A stretch of DNA of 64,000 bases from contig OZ281494.1 in assembly GCA_965637545.1 (NCBI GenBank), positions 15,500,001 through 15,564,000 on the forward strand, written 5' to 3'. Both the position numbers and the translations under genes were made by a program. Every line of letters begins with the position of its first letter. Within the stretch, counting starts at the first letter, position 1. A model generated the notes under the pieces. The model saw only the letters and a list, made by a program, of their open reading frames with translations, had not been told where the DNA came from and ran no database searches. The DNA is from Phallusia mammillata. Lineage: Eukaryota. Below, in pieces: positions 1-11,900 of the stretch.

Positions 1-3000
1 AATGGATATTGCCTTTAATGTCATTCAGTCATGTATGCTGCCTGATGTTTTGAACTTTGCCAACGAAAACAGTCAGGTACATATGAACCAATTTATTAAT
101 ACTTACAACTTTTAGGTGCTAAGAGAACTTTTGTGTAATGTAATGTTGATGTTTAGACTGCCCTTCATCTTGCTGTTCTTACTGACCAACCACAACTTGT
201 TCGATGCTTGGTTGCTTATGGTGCAAATGTGAACTGCAAGGACAGCTATGGTAGGTTTTACTGTTCTTGTACTATATTATGCTTTTTAACAAATTGATGT
301 GTGGTTTGTTGTTTATTTGTTGTTGTTCTATAAAAAATGTCTTTCGGTAATATCTTTTGTATAATAACTGGGGCTTATTTTTTTGTAGGGAACACTCCTT
401 TACACATTGCTTGTCAGCATGGTTATCCAGTTCATGTAGACATGCTCACATCACCGATAAGCACAGAAGAATACACTGGATTCAGAGAAACAGACGACCT
501 CCCACAGAATGTGAATGAGAAAAACTTTGATGGTAAGTACCAAAACAATTTTGTTAGGCTGAGTTATTGGCAGATGAAACGTCATCAAACATTTTGGGAA
601 ACTCAGGGTGTTAATTCAAAACATCAGAAGAGTCCAAGCATGCCCTAAACCCAAGTGTCCAAATTTGGCCTAATTACAGTTTTAAAGGAAATAGCTGTGC
701 GTAATTGAGCTTGGTGGTCTGTCTGTGCTTAAATTTTGCGCTCGGGAAAGTTTCTCGCATTTCCTCGGACTTGTGTTTGAAAACATCTGCGGTTTGATGC
801 GGTACCTGCAATCACAAGGATCGGGAAGTTTCCTGACGCGCCTGAGGCGTCACACGGATAAAGAATGTCCGCGGTTGTGCTTGTTTCAGATCGCGGGAAC
901 ATGGAATTATGTTGACGCTAGAGATAAGAGCGCAATAATCCGATTGATATTGAACGCGGAGAAGGCGCTGGTAGACACTGCAAATTGCAAAAATTACTAT
1001 TATGGTCTCTTGGGGGCACGAAAATACCTGGCCACTTAATCGAATGTGGGAAATTTATTGGTTTATTTGCAAGGTGTGGCCTGTTAGCATTTGAAACCCC
1101 CTCGTAAAAACAACATTAGTTGTAAAATCCCCGCTACGTGCTTAAACTGCTGGCACGACTCGCAAGGCATATCGAACCAAGCAAACATCCACATTTTAAA
1201 CTGAAACACCAAGAATGCGAGATTTATTGTCTCAGTTAAAAATGATGCATGTTGTGACAAGTATCAGGAAGGATATTCGAGAGTCAGACTGCGCGGAAGC
1301 GAAAAAATGTGGAAGTTTTTTCTATGTCCCCTTGTATGGCGCCTATTAAAACGACGCGGAATGTCCCGCGATTTGTTTCCACACGTCAGCAACGACTGTG
1401 CATCCCCTCCGCAATCCCACAGTTAAAGCGACGAGACGCTGATTCACAGTAAAGTCCCGGATAGTCAAACAATTCGCTCGCCCATTGTTAACGCTTCAGT
1501 GTTTATCTGCATAACGTCTCTGAATCATAGGCGTATAAATGTAGTCAGCAACAACAACAACAACAAGGTTTCAGTATTTGATAAACCCGAGGTCGATTTT
1601 CACCTTACAAAACAATTCTGTCATTTACTACTAACCTACTGGGGAGCTGTTACCATTCTTATCAGGATTAATGGATAAGCGCAAGAAAAAAAATTAACTT
1701 CGGATGTTTGATTAACCTGTTGCCCACACTTCGGAAGGCTCATTTCCCCAGCACATTGTTTAAGATCACGCAGTCATTGAAGTTTGACTAATTTCCTGAA
1801 TCGCGTACGCAAGGTACCTAATGAACAATGCGATGTAACTTTGCTTGTCTGATGCAAATACCAAAGATAGGATGGCTGTAGTTTTCGTTGCGGTTCAAAT
1901 CCGGTTTTTGCTTGGTTCACCTATCTTGGGCATAATGCATGTTAGAAATCATCTCCCTTTTTAAGACGAATGGTATCTTCAACACGTTATCCGCACGGGA
2001 AATTCTGCCATATCGCAGTAATTAATGACAAACAGGGCCTAAAGGCATGGCCCGTCCGTTTTCGACTGACTTGTAATTTCCTAGATGCTAGAAATGTCGA
2101 GTGCCATTAAAACATATGTATTTGCATGTAACATTTCGTGGCCATTCGATTGTAATTTTATAGAGCAAAGGCTGTTGTCGTAAATTCTTTCGGTTATGTT
2201 TGTAATTACGTTACTTTCACTTTACTTTATAAACACTCTTTAACCATTTGTAACCGATTTCTGCGAAAGCGTTTTAGTTTATTGCGTCTAGCTGTAAAGT
2301 TGAGAAAAACTTGACTGTTTTTTTGCCTACGTTGCCCTCTTTAGTTAAGTTCACGTTCAAGGACAAAACATGTAATCTAAGGCGAAAGCAACAAGTACAT
2401 GCTCGAAAATTAATACGTTGCACGGTTAGGAGGCTAACACTGTAATTGGTGCAGGCAACGTAATTCCCCGGCTTTGTTGGCTGCTCACGACGCTTTCTCT
2501 TTCATTGCGCGCCAGACATGAGAACGGGTATTTCTTTATGACCACGCGGCGCGCGCTTATATGGCGTGTGAGCTGGCGGAATTTTTTTACCATTGTGCTC
2601 GAGCGTTTGCTGAGTGGACGCGGGACTTTCTCTGGCTTTGCTTTGTGTGTGCTGTAACTGCCGCGTTTGACCTTCTTCGGCTAATGCCCTTTTACCATCA
2701 GCCCGTCTCACACCTGCCTACTATTTCCAAACGCCCTTAGGCTGTAAAACACTGCGAAATCTTTATCATACAAACGAGATGGGAATTTCAGCGTGAGATC
2801 AGCAACGACCCGAGGTCTAACTTCGTACAGCCGCTGACTCGCATTAATTGCGATATATAGGGATGGTGAATTCCAAACTAAAAGGTCACGCGCTTCAGTG
2901 TAATCTGCTGTGCGCGTTTCCTTTGTTAGACCAGCGCGACTGGATATCCACATCCGAACTTTACATCCTGCGCGTACTTTTCACGGAATAACGCCACAAC

Positions 3001-3816
3001 AGCGGCAGGATATTGTAGCGTTGCGTTAATCCAGCCATTAGAGCACTCTACCATAAGCATTTGTTGTAACAAACCTAACCGTCTGCTTCCTTTTGTTAGG
3101 TTACACGCCTCTTCATCTTGCCGCAATGAACAACCACACCAACGTTATGAAGATCCTCATCAATAACCTACACTGTGACGTCAACGCCCCTGACGTCAAA
3201 TCGGGGAGGACGGCCCTTCACCACGCAATCGAATGCAAAAAAACCGATGCTGTTAAATTCCTTGTGCAGTGCAAAGCAGATGTGAATGCTCTTACATACG
3301 ACGAGTAAGTCACAATTTTGAATTGTAATTGATTGTTTTCGTCTTAATTGGGCTCGTACTGCATTCGCCGTGGGCGTCGCAAGTTCAAGTTAATCCGATT
3401 GTGGTTGCATTTGTTTCACTGGCTTAACGAAAATGTCGCTGTACTGCCTAAAACTATTTTGTGCCTGAGGACTTGATCAAACCAATTAGTTTTGTTTACA
3501 AGGTTTAATGAAGCAGTTAATGCACCATTGCACTTTACTTAAAGTTACTTATGTGTATTTATTTCGAGTTCGCTAACCAATGTTTGTCCATTTCAGATGT
3601 TCGCCATTGCATTTGGCTGCAGCCAAGGGTGAGAGCTACGCTGCCAAATTGCTGGTCGAGCATGGCGCGGACATATTCCTTATCACCTTGGACGATTTCG
3701 ACGTTTTTGAACTTGCCTCTCACTCAAACAATCGCAAACTGCTGGACAATCTGCGCGATGCAGAAAAGCTCGAGTTGCGACGAAACCGCTCGCCCGCAAC
3801 GACGGTCGGCTGTTAA
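1..3816 (+). CDS. IkB: IkappaB/cactus-family NF-kappaB inhibitor, ankyrin repeats; 5' end lies outside the window
   Basis: Exons <1-76, 157-250, 389-532, 3100-3304 and 3597-3816 join in frame via GT-AG introns. Ankyrin motifs QTALHLAV, GNTPLHIAC, GYTPLHLAA, SGRTALHHAIE, CSPLHLAA. The IkB-typical insertion after the GNTPLHIAC repeat is present (LTSPISTEE...PQNVNEKNFDG). AATAAA at 4207-4212. Confidence 0.9.
744..2790. promoter_or_regulatory. Intronic cluster of NF-kappaB-like sites
   Basis: GGGAAGTTTCC 823-833; GGGGATTTTAC(rc) 1122-1132; GGGACATTCC(rc) 1358-1367; GGGACTTTAC(rc) 1449-1458; GGGGAATTAC(rc) 2460-2469; GGGACTTTCT 2622-2631; GGGAATTTCA 2781-2790. Confidence 0.6.
1549..1566 (+). repeat. 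(CAA)6 microsatellite in the IkB intron
   Basis: caacaacaacaacaacaa read directly. Confidence 0.8.
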
Positions 3817-5156
3817 ACTGCAGCAGACCTTGTACATTCTCAAGCAGCACAAGGTGATGCATGCCAGACTGGCGAATAGCAGGCAGACAGCCGGCAGTGT
3901 TCAAGAGGTTGCCTCGCGTCCAAACAAGCGTGCAAACTGCATCCTTGTTTCATAACGTTGACGAGTTCTGGCTCTACATACGGACCTTACAACAGGAAAT
4001 TTGAGGAGTATATGGAGTGGGCGCGAAAGTGCTACTGCCCCAATCCTCATACTTGTCCGGTGCAGCCGGACGAAGCGATAATCATGTTGAAGTGCTGATG
4101 CATTCGTTTTCTCTCCCCCTTACAAAGTTTTATTTTTGTTTGTTTGTGATTGCATCGTTGTCGTGTTTGTACAAAAATCCGCGATGGCTGTCACGCACGC
4201 CGTGTAAATAAATACAAAAACCATGGAATCTATGTAAGCTTATTTTTATAAAATGGTAGAAAATTGCTACAATGTAGTTTTGCTCCTAAATTTCTTGTCA
4301 AAACATAAAACTTGAGGGGAGACTTATGAGTTGCGTAGAATAATAAAATAAATATAAAATACTACAAAGACTTTTGATACTACTGCAAGAACAAGTTGAC
4401 TAAACTACCAAATTAACAAGGCTCTGGTTGTCCCCTACCGCCGAAGACACATTGTTATTTCTTAGCAACAAGAAATTTATTTACCTGACATGAACCGGCC
4501 AGCAAGTCAGTGACCTGGCGATTGTTCGCGGGGATTTTACTTCTTACTTGCCATAATTATGAATAAAAACTTACCTATACGCAGTTTAAAATCCCCCTGG
4601 CGTAGGCCTTCCTCAGGCTATTAGTCTCAGTGTCAGTTAGTGACGACGGTTTATAAGTAATTTCCGACTCAGGCTCTACATACCAGCTGCTAACTTCCCC
4701 AAATTCCGACGTTCGTGACTGTACGACGTGTCACCACCATTTACTGATGACACATCAAAACTTGTTCTGGAACCTAATTGTTCCAATTATTACATCACAG
4801 ACGCATAAATTACAATGCCAACAGGGTTGGTTTATTGTGTGGTGTGTAGCCTAGGGTTTCTAAAATTACTGATCAGGGTTTGATAAACCCAATGAGGACG
4901 GGAAACAATTTTTGGGATTTTTCCATGTGGGATGTGTTGTGGCGGACAGCAGCATGCAAAATGTCACCTGTGGTTTATGTGGGAAGGGAAAAATTCGCCT
5001 CTAGCAAGCCAATTAAGAAACAAAGGAAGTGCTTGCCGCACGTCACATTTTGTTGTGATTACATATTCCCGTATGCGGTCACCGACTTGCAGTGACTAAT
5101 TGCAGAAATCAAAGCAAAGCTGCATTACCAGCACTTGCTTTGCACAGAACTATGAG

Positions 5157-5851
5157 TGTTACGGACAAATTCACAATATTTAAATGTGATTTTTATGCTT
5201 TCTTTCCCAAGTGCAACCATGCTTAACGTCTATTCCCAAGTGCATTGTTCTTTGTTAGTTTTGGGCCAATCCTAACTTTTATATGCGGTCATGTGACTAA
5301 AACGTGCTTGGACTTAGCCACACCTTGTTCTAAAAGTGCAGTTTGTATGTTTTAGTGCAGTAATCTGTTAGAATCGACTTAGTTTAAATGTTTGTGTGTT
5401 AACCAAATGTCAGCAAGTTTACAAGTATGTTAATGTATAGCCATGTGAAGTGTTTCTAGTAACTTTTCGTTTGTTATTGTTGTTTGAATGTTTAGACGAT
5501 AAAGCCAACACCATAATGTCAAACACCTAGGTACTGTGAACTTCAGAAATCTCAACTGCTCAAGTGCTTAACTGTCTCAATTTCCTCTATTCTGTATAGT
5601 CTTGACATCCACTGTGGCGCAATTCAGCTGTTTTGGATCTTGGATACGAACTGTATTTGTTGTCATTCGTGCACTGTTCTTGCACCTTCATCGCCATAAT
5701 ATAACACTGAAAACCACAGTTTGTGCAGTCTAGAGGGCAGTTGTGAATTACTGACTCATTGTACCTGATGATGGTACCAACGAAGGCATTAGCCTAGGTT
5801 TGCCTAAAGTGAGCTTAGGCCGTGACTAGTCCTAAAATTTTGGACGTCACA
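5157..5851 (+). repeat. 5' LTR (695 bp)
   Basis: tgttacggac...ggacgtcaca; no difference from the 3' LTR found by eye. Confidence 0.97.
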
Positions 5852-5935
5852 TCATTTCTGAAGAAGCCAGACCCCTTTCTATTAAGAAAGGGTGTCTGAA
5901 ATCTGCTGTCTGGCATTAGTGGTGTTGCAAATACA

Positions 5936-8900
5936 ATGCCTGGATCAAATTCTAGCACATCCTCTCATGAGGATGTGGACGGAGTGCTTCAAGAAAAGTT
6001 GCATTCCTTGAAATCATCTCGGAGTGGGCATTTGGGTGCTGTTACCAAAGCCGAAAATATTGTTTGTAACTTGATGCTAGATGTTTCTAATATCAAGGAA
6101 GTACCAGCTGCAAAGGAAGCTTTTGATAGTGCACTGACAAAGTGCTTGGACTGTTGCAAGGAATACCATTCTGTGATTCCAGATTCACTCTACTCTCAGA
6201 AACAAGAGGCAGTGGACAAGATCAAGTCCCTGGAGGAAAAAGGGGACAACATAAATTCTATGTATCAAACATTTCTACAAAATGCTGCTGTGGAGTTGGG
6301 TTCTACTGGTGGGCATTCGAAAAGCTCACATCACTCAACTGGGTCAAGATTGTCCTCTAAATCCAGTTCACATCGTTCTAGTAGAACAAGCTCAAGATCT
6401 TCACACCACTCACACCATTCCAAGGCTCCTAGTTTGAAATCATTCCACTCTTCTTCTTCAATATCAAGCAGAAGCACTACATACTCAATGAGGGAGGTGC
6501 GGCGTGCTCAGCTAGAAAACAAGCTGACAGAGTCAGAGGCACAATTAACTCTCCAAGCATCAGCTGATGCTGTTAATGATGCACTGATGAAAGCTGAGGA
6601 GATAAAACGTAAGGCCAGAGAAGACGAGGAGGCCTTAAAGATGATGCTTGAAGATGAAAAGGAAGAAAATGCCCAGCGAAGAAGGGCAGAAGAAGAGGCA
6701 AATGCCATGCGTAAAAGGGCAGAAGAAGAGGCCATAGCCAAAAGAAGAAGAGAAGAAGCTGATGCAGAGAAAAGGGCGATTAGAAGAAAAATGGAACAGG
6801 CTGCAGCTCGACGGAAAAGAGAAGAGGAAAGGGCTGAAGCAATTTTAGCCAAGGCAAAAATGGAACATCGACAAAAATCTTACAATGCACAGTTGAAAGT
6901 GCAGCGCAAGAGGCATGAGGTTGACCTGGTTGTACTTGAGGCTGAACCAGTGGGATCCTGTGATTCTCGTCATGAATACAGGTTGGATATGCCCCCACTA
7001 AATCAGATAGATGACGCCACGGTGGGAAGCTCTGCTTGTCTACAGCAGTCTGCCCATGACCTAGCTCCGATGGACTGTCCAATGCCTGGTGAAATGCATA
7101 CCATTTCTGGTTTCACCCCTCTAGCCACAGCAAAGCTGCCACAGCCTGAATATCCTGTCGCTCATCCAGCAGAACAGCTAAATGTTTCTGCCGATCCATA
7201 CTTGCCTGTATGTACACAGACTGACATAAAGCAGGAGACTCACAGTCCTTCTATGGGGCCGGTCTCCAAGTACAAACCTCAGCCAGATGAGAGCTTCACC
7301 AAAGATGACTTTCACTATGGAAAGGCCATGGTGGACTTGGTGGAGAGTACGAAAACCATGCTGCATGGCTTTACACTGCCCAAAAGGGGGCTCCCAAAGT
7401 TCTATGGGAATCCAATGAATTACCACAACTTTATGAAGAAATTTGATGAGATGATCACAAGGCATTTTCCTGATCCTGCTGTACAACTTCAGTACCTTGT
7501 AGACATGTGTGAAGACAAAGCCTATGATGTTGTCCATGGATGTTGTGCCACGAGCCCACCTGAATTGGGTCTTGCTACTGCTCGGGAGTTGCTGAGAGAT
7601 AACTTCGGGCGCATGGACTTGGTGGTAAATGCACATGTCAAAGAGTTGACCAAGGGTCCACCAATTAGGACTGGGGACAATGAAGGTCTTCGTTCTCTTG
7701 CTACAAGTATGACAAATGCTTTAATGGTTTTTCGATCTTTGGGTTGTGAGTCACAGTTGGACTATTCCCAATTCCTAGTGGACATATTTCAGCGACTACC
7801 CAAGCACATGCAAAATACATTTGTCACAGAGGCCAGTTCACTCTACCGAAGGAATGGAAATGTGACATTCAGCAATCTGACATCGTACCTCAACCAGAAG
7901 GTGATGGATTCCAACAACATGTTTGCGGATGCATTGACAACAGTTAAGGAAAGGGATCCAAAGAAGGACAAGCCCCAGAAGAAGAAAGAACATGCTGTGT
8001 TCTCTGCACAAACTACTTTGGGCTCCACATCATGTGAACATGTTGACAAACCTAAACCTCCAGACCAAACAAGGAAGAAGAAGCCACAACCATGTGTGGT
8101 TTGTAACAAACCTCATCCATTATGGGTATGTGATGAGTTCCAGAAAAAGAAACAGTTTGACCGTTGGACAACAGTCAAGAATAACAACTTATGCTTCAAC
8201 TGCTTTTCACCAGACCACATGGCAAATGAGTGTGTCTGCTCCAGAAAGTGCAAGTCTTGTGAAAAACCACATCATACTCTACTTCATCGTGATGAACAGC
8301 GAAATATAGAAAAAACATCCACATCGACTGAGGAAAAGAAGAATGCTGAAAGTCCCAAGGAAAGCTCAACGACATATGTAGCCACTGTTACTACACCCCC
8401 TGCAGGAAGGGACAGGGTTAGACTCAAGGTGGTGCCAGTACATGTGTGGGGAAGGGATCTGAATCGTGTAGTGGAGACATATGCATTTCTGGATGAGGGA
8501 TCTGACACCACATTCTGCACGTCAAATCTGAAACAGAGACTCAAGCTTGAAGGAAAACAAGTTTCCAGAAGACTTAATGGCATAAGTGGCAGTAAGGATC
8601 TGCAGGGATACGAGGTCGGACTGTCCCTACAGGGGATTCAAGAAACAGATTCAATCCGTATTGAGAATGTACTGACGGTGGATGCTCTACCAACACTGAA
8701 GAACAGTATACCTACAATGGAAGATGTAAAGCATTATTCTCATCTGAGGGGATTGGACTTTCCAAAGTTACCTGATGCAGAAGTGGATATTCTCATTGGG
8801 GCCGGTACGCAGGAAGCCCATTCTATCAGGGAAGTGCGAACCGGGAAGCCAAGACAGCCAACAGCTATTCACACTGGACTTGGGTGGACCTTAGTTGGCA

Positions 8901-11900
8901 CTGATGCATCAGATGCATCAGAGGACAGTTGCAATGTTAACTTCGCCACAATTGGCAATAATGAACTACATGACATGTTCCAGAAGATGTATAATCATGA
9001 CTTTATGGATGACAAGTGTTCAAATGATGTCTCTCTATCTATGGAGGACAAAAGGGCACTCGCCATGATGAATTCGACTGTGCAAAGGAAAGGCAAGCAT
9101 TATCAGCTTGCGCTACCATGGAAGAATAAAAATGTAAAGCTACCTTATAACCGTGGAACAGCCGAGAAACGCCTTCTTGGTTTAAAGAGACGATTAAAGA
9201 CAGATCAGTCACTGTTCCAGAAGTACAGTGAAAAGATTAATGACTCGCTGAAGAATGGTCATGCCAGGAAAGTACCAGATGGAAAGGATCCACACCCGGG
9301 AAAGACTTGGTACATTCCACATCACTGCTGCACTGGTGGAAAGTTTCGGGTTGTGTTTGACTGCGCTGCCAAGTATGCAGGCACATCCCTCAATGAAAAT
9401 CTCTTACAAGGACCTGATTTGACCAACAACCTTGTTGGTGTTCTTCTTCGTTTTCGCCAGGAGAAGATTGCATTGATGGCTGACATTAAAGGAATGTTCC
9501 ATCAGGTTTTTGTGGACCCAGATGACTGTGATGCTCTGAGGTTTTTGTGGTGGCCAAATGATGACTTGTCCAAGCCACCTGAGGATTACCAGATGCTGGT
9601 GCATCTTTTTGGGGCAACTTCTTCTCCAAGTTGTGCCAGCTTTGCATTGAGAAAGGTTGCTGAGGATAATGAGAGCAATGCAACAAAGGAAACAACGGAT
9701 ACTGTCCTGCGGAATTTTTATGTAGATGATTGCCTGAAGTCGGTCAAGACTTTAGAGGAAGGTTCCCAGCTAGTCAAGGAACTGGATGAGCTACTTAAGT
9801 GTGGAGGATTTCACCTTACCAAGTACCTGAGTAACAGCAAAGAACTGTTAATGTCTATTAATGAAGATAACCTTGCTCCATCAGTGAAAGACATGGACTT
9901 GGATGGATTGCCAATCGAGAGAGCTTTGGGAGTGTACTGGAACACTGGTACGGACTGCTTCGAGGTCAAAGTGAAGTTGAAACCAAAGCCCTGCACAAGA
10001 CGTGGAATTCTGTCAACAATAAGTCAGTTGTTTGACCCCATGGGGTTTGTGCAACCCTTTATCTTGCCAATCAAAAAGCTTATGCAAGAATTATGCAAAA
10101 GAAACATAGGATGGGATGAAGCTATTCCCACCGAGTTTGAGGTTGCCTGGAAAAAGTGGCTGGGCAATTTATCACTGCTGGAATCAATTACTATTCCTAG
10201 ATGCTTTAAAACAATGGACTACATAAGTGCTGAGCTCCATTGCTTTTGTGATGCAAGCGAAACTGGTTATGGAGCTGTTTGCTACCTTCGCCTGGTAACT
10301 GGTGGTTCCTACCACTGCTCATTTGTGATGGGAAAGTCCAGAGTTTCCCCTTCAAAGGCAGTTACCATTCCCCGGCTTGAACTCACTGCTGCAGTGGTTG
10401 GTGTTAAACTAGCGCAGTTTGTGATTCGTGAGTTGGATCTTGAGTTGGAAAAGGTTGTGTACTGGACAGACTCCACTTCTGTGCTTCAGTACATCAGAAA
10501 TACATCACGCCGCTTTCCGACGTTTGTTGCCAATAGGCTGGCTGTGATTCAAGCAGCCACAGAACCAGAACAGTGGAGACATGTGGATACAAAGCAAAAT
10601 CCTGCAGACATTGCATCTAGGGGTTTTTATCCTGACCAGGTGGACAAGGCAAAGGCATGGTTATCCGGTCCATCATTTTTGTGGAAAGAAGAAAGTTGCT
10701 GGCCAGAACAGCCAGCTGTGTTACAATTGCCAGAAGACCATGAAGATGTTGAAGCCAACACAATTGTAGTAGAAATTGTGCAAAATGGTTTGGACAACTT
10801 GCTAGACAGATACTCTTCATACAATGCTTTACTCAAGGCCACTGGTTGGTTGTTGCGGTTCAAGCAGTACATGATGTGTAAGTTTTCAGAGAAATTACGC
10901 AAACCTGCACCCAAGGCAGGTCTGCTGACGGCAGAGGAAATGGAAACAGCTGTCCATCAAGTGGTGAAGCTGGTTCAGCATCAAGCATTCGGATCTATGT
11001 CATCGGATCTTAAGGAATACCAGAGCTTTTCCCACTACTTGGAATCTCAGCATTCGAATGGATTACATATTCGAAACCGGGCTCTTGGTAGACTTAGCCC
11101 TATGAAAATAAATGGCACTATGAGAGTGGGAGGTCGCCTACAACATGCAACTCTGCCGGAGGACATGAAGCACCCTATGATCTTGCCTAGTCGTCACCAT
11201 GTTACTGGGCTGATTATACATCATTACCATCAGCGAGAAGGACATAGTGGAACTCAACACGTTCTAGCAGCCACCCGTGAGAGGTACTGGATTCTCAAAG
11301 GCCAATCATCTGTTCGTCACTACTTGAAGGACTGCAGAAAATGTCGTTTTTGGAAAGCACAAGCTGGTAGGCAGTTGATGGCACCCTTGCCGGTTTGTCG
11401 TGTTGAGTCTGGACAGTTACCCTTTACTCATGCAGGGGTTGACTACTTTGGCCCTCTAATGGTAAAAATTGGACGCAGTCATGTGAAACGATATGGCTGC
11501 ATTTTTACTTGTATGGCTACAAGGGCTGTACATTTAGAGCTAGCTGGCTCACTGGACACTAGTTCATTCATACAGGCACTTCGTAGATTTGTGCTGAGAA
11601 GAGGATCTACCACTAAACACATATATAGTGACAATGGAACCAACTTCATTGGAGCTGACAGAGCACTCCGCGAAGGGATTAAAGCATGGAATCAACAACA
11701 GATACATACAGAGCTACTACAAAAAGGAATTGAATGGCATTTCAATCCCCCAGCTGCCAGCCACCAAGGTGGTGTATGGGAGAGAATGATTCGCTCTGTG
11801 CGAAAAATTTTGCAGTCACTGACTGGAGACAAGATATTGTCTGAGGAATCTTTGAACACCTTCCTGATAGAAGTGGAATCGATCTTAAACAACAGACCAC

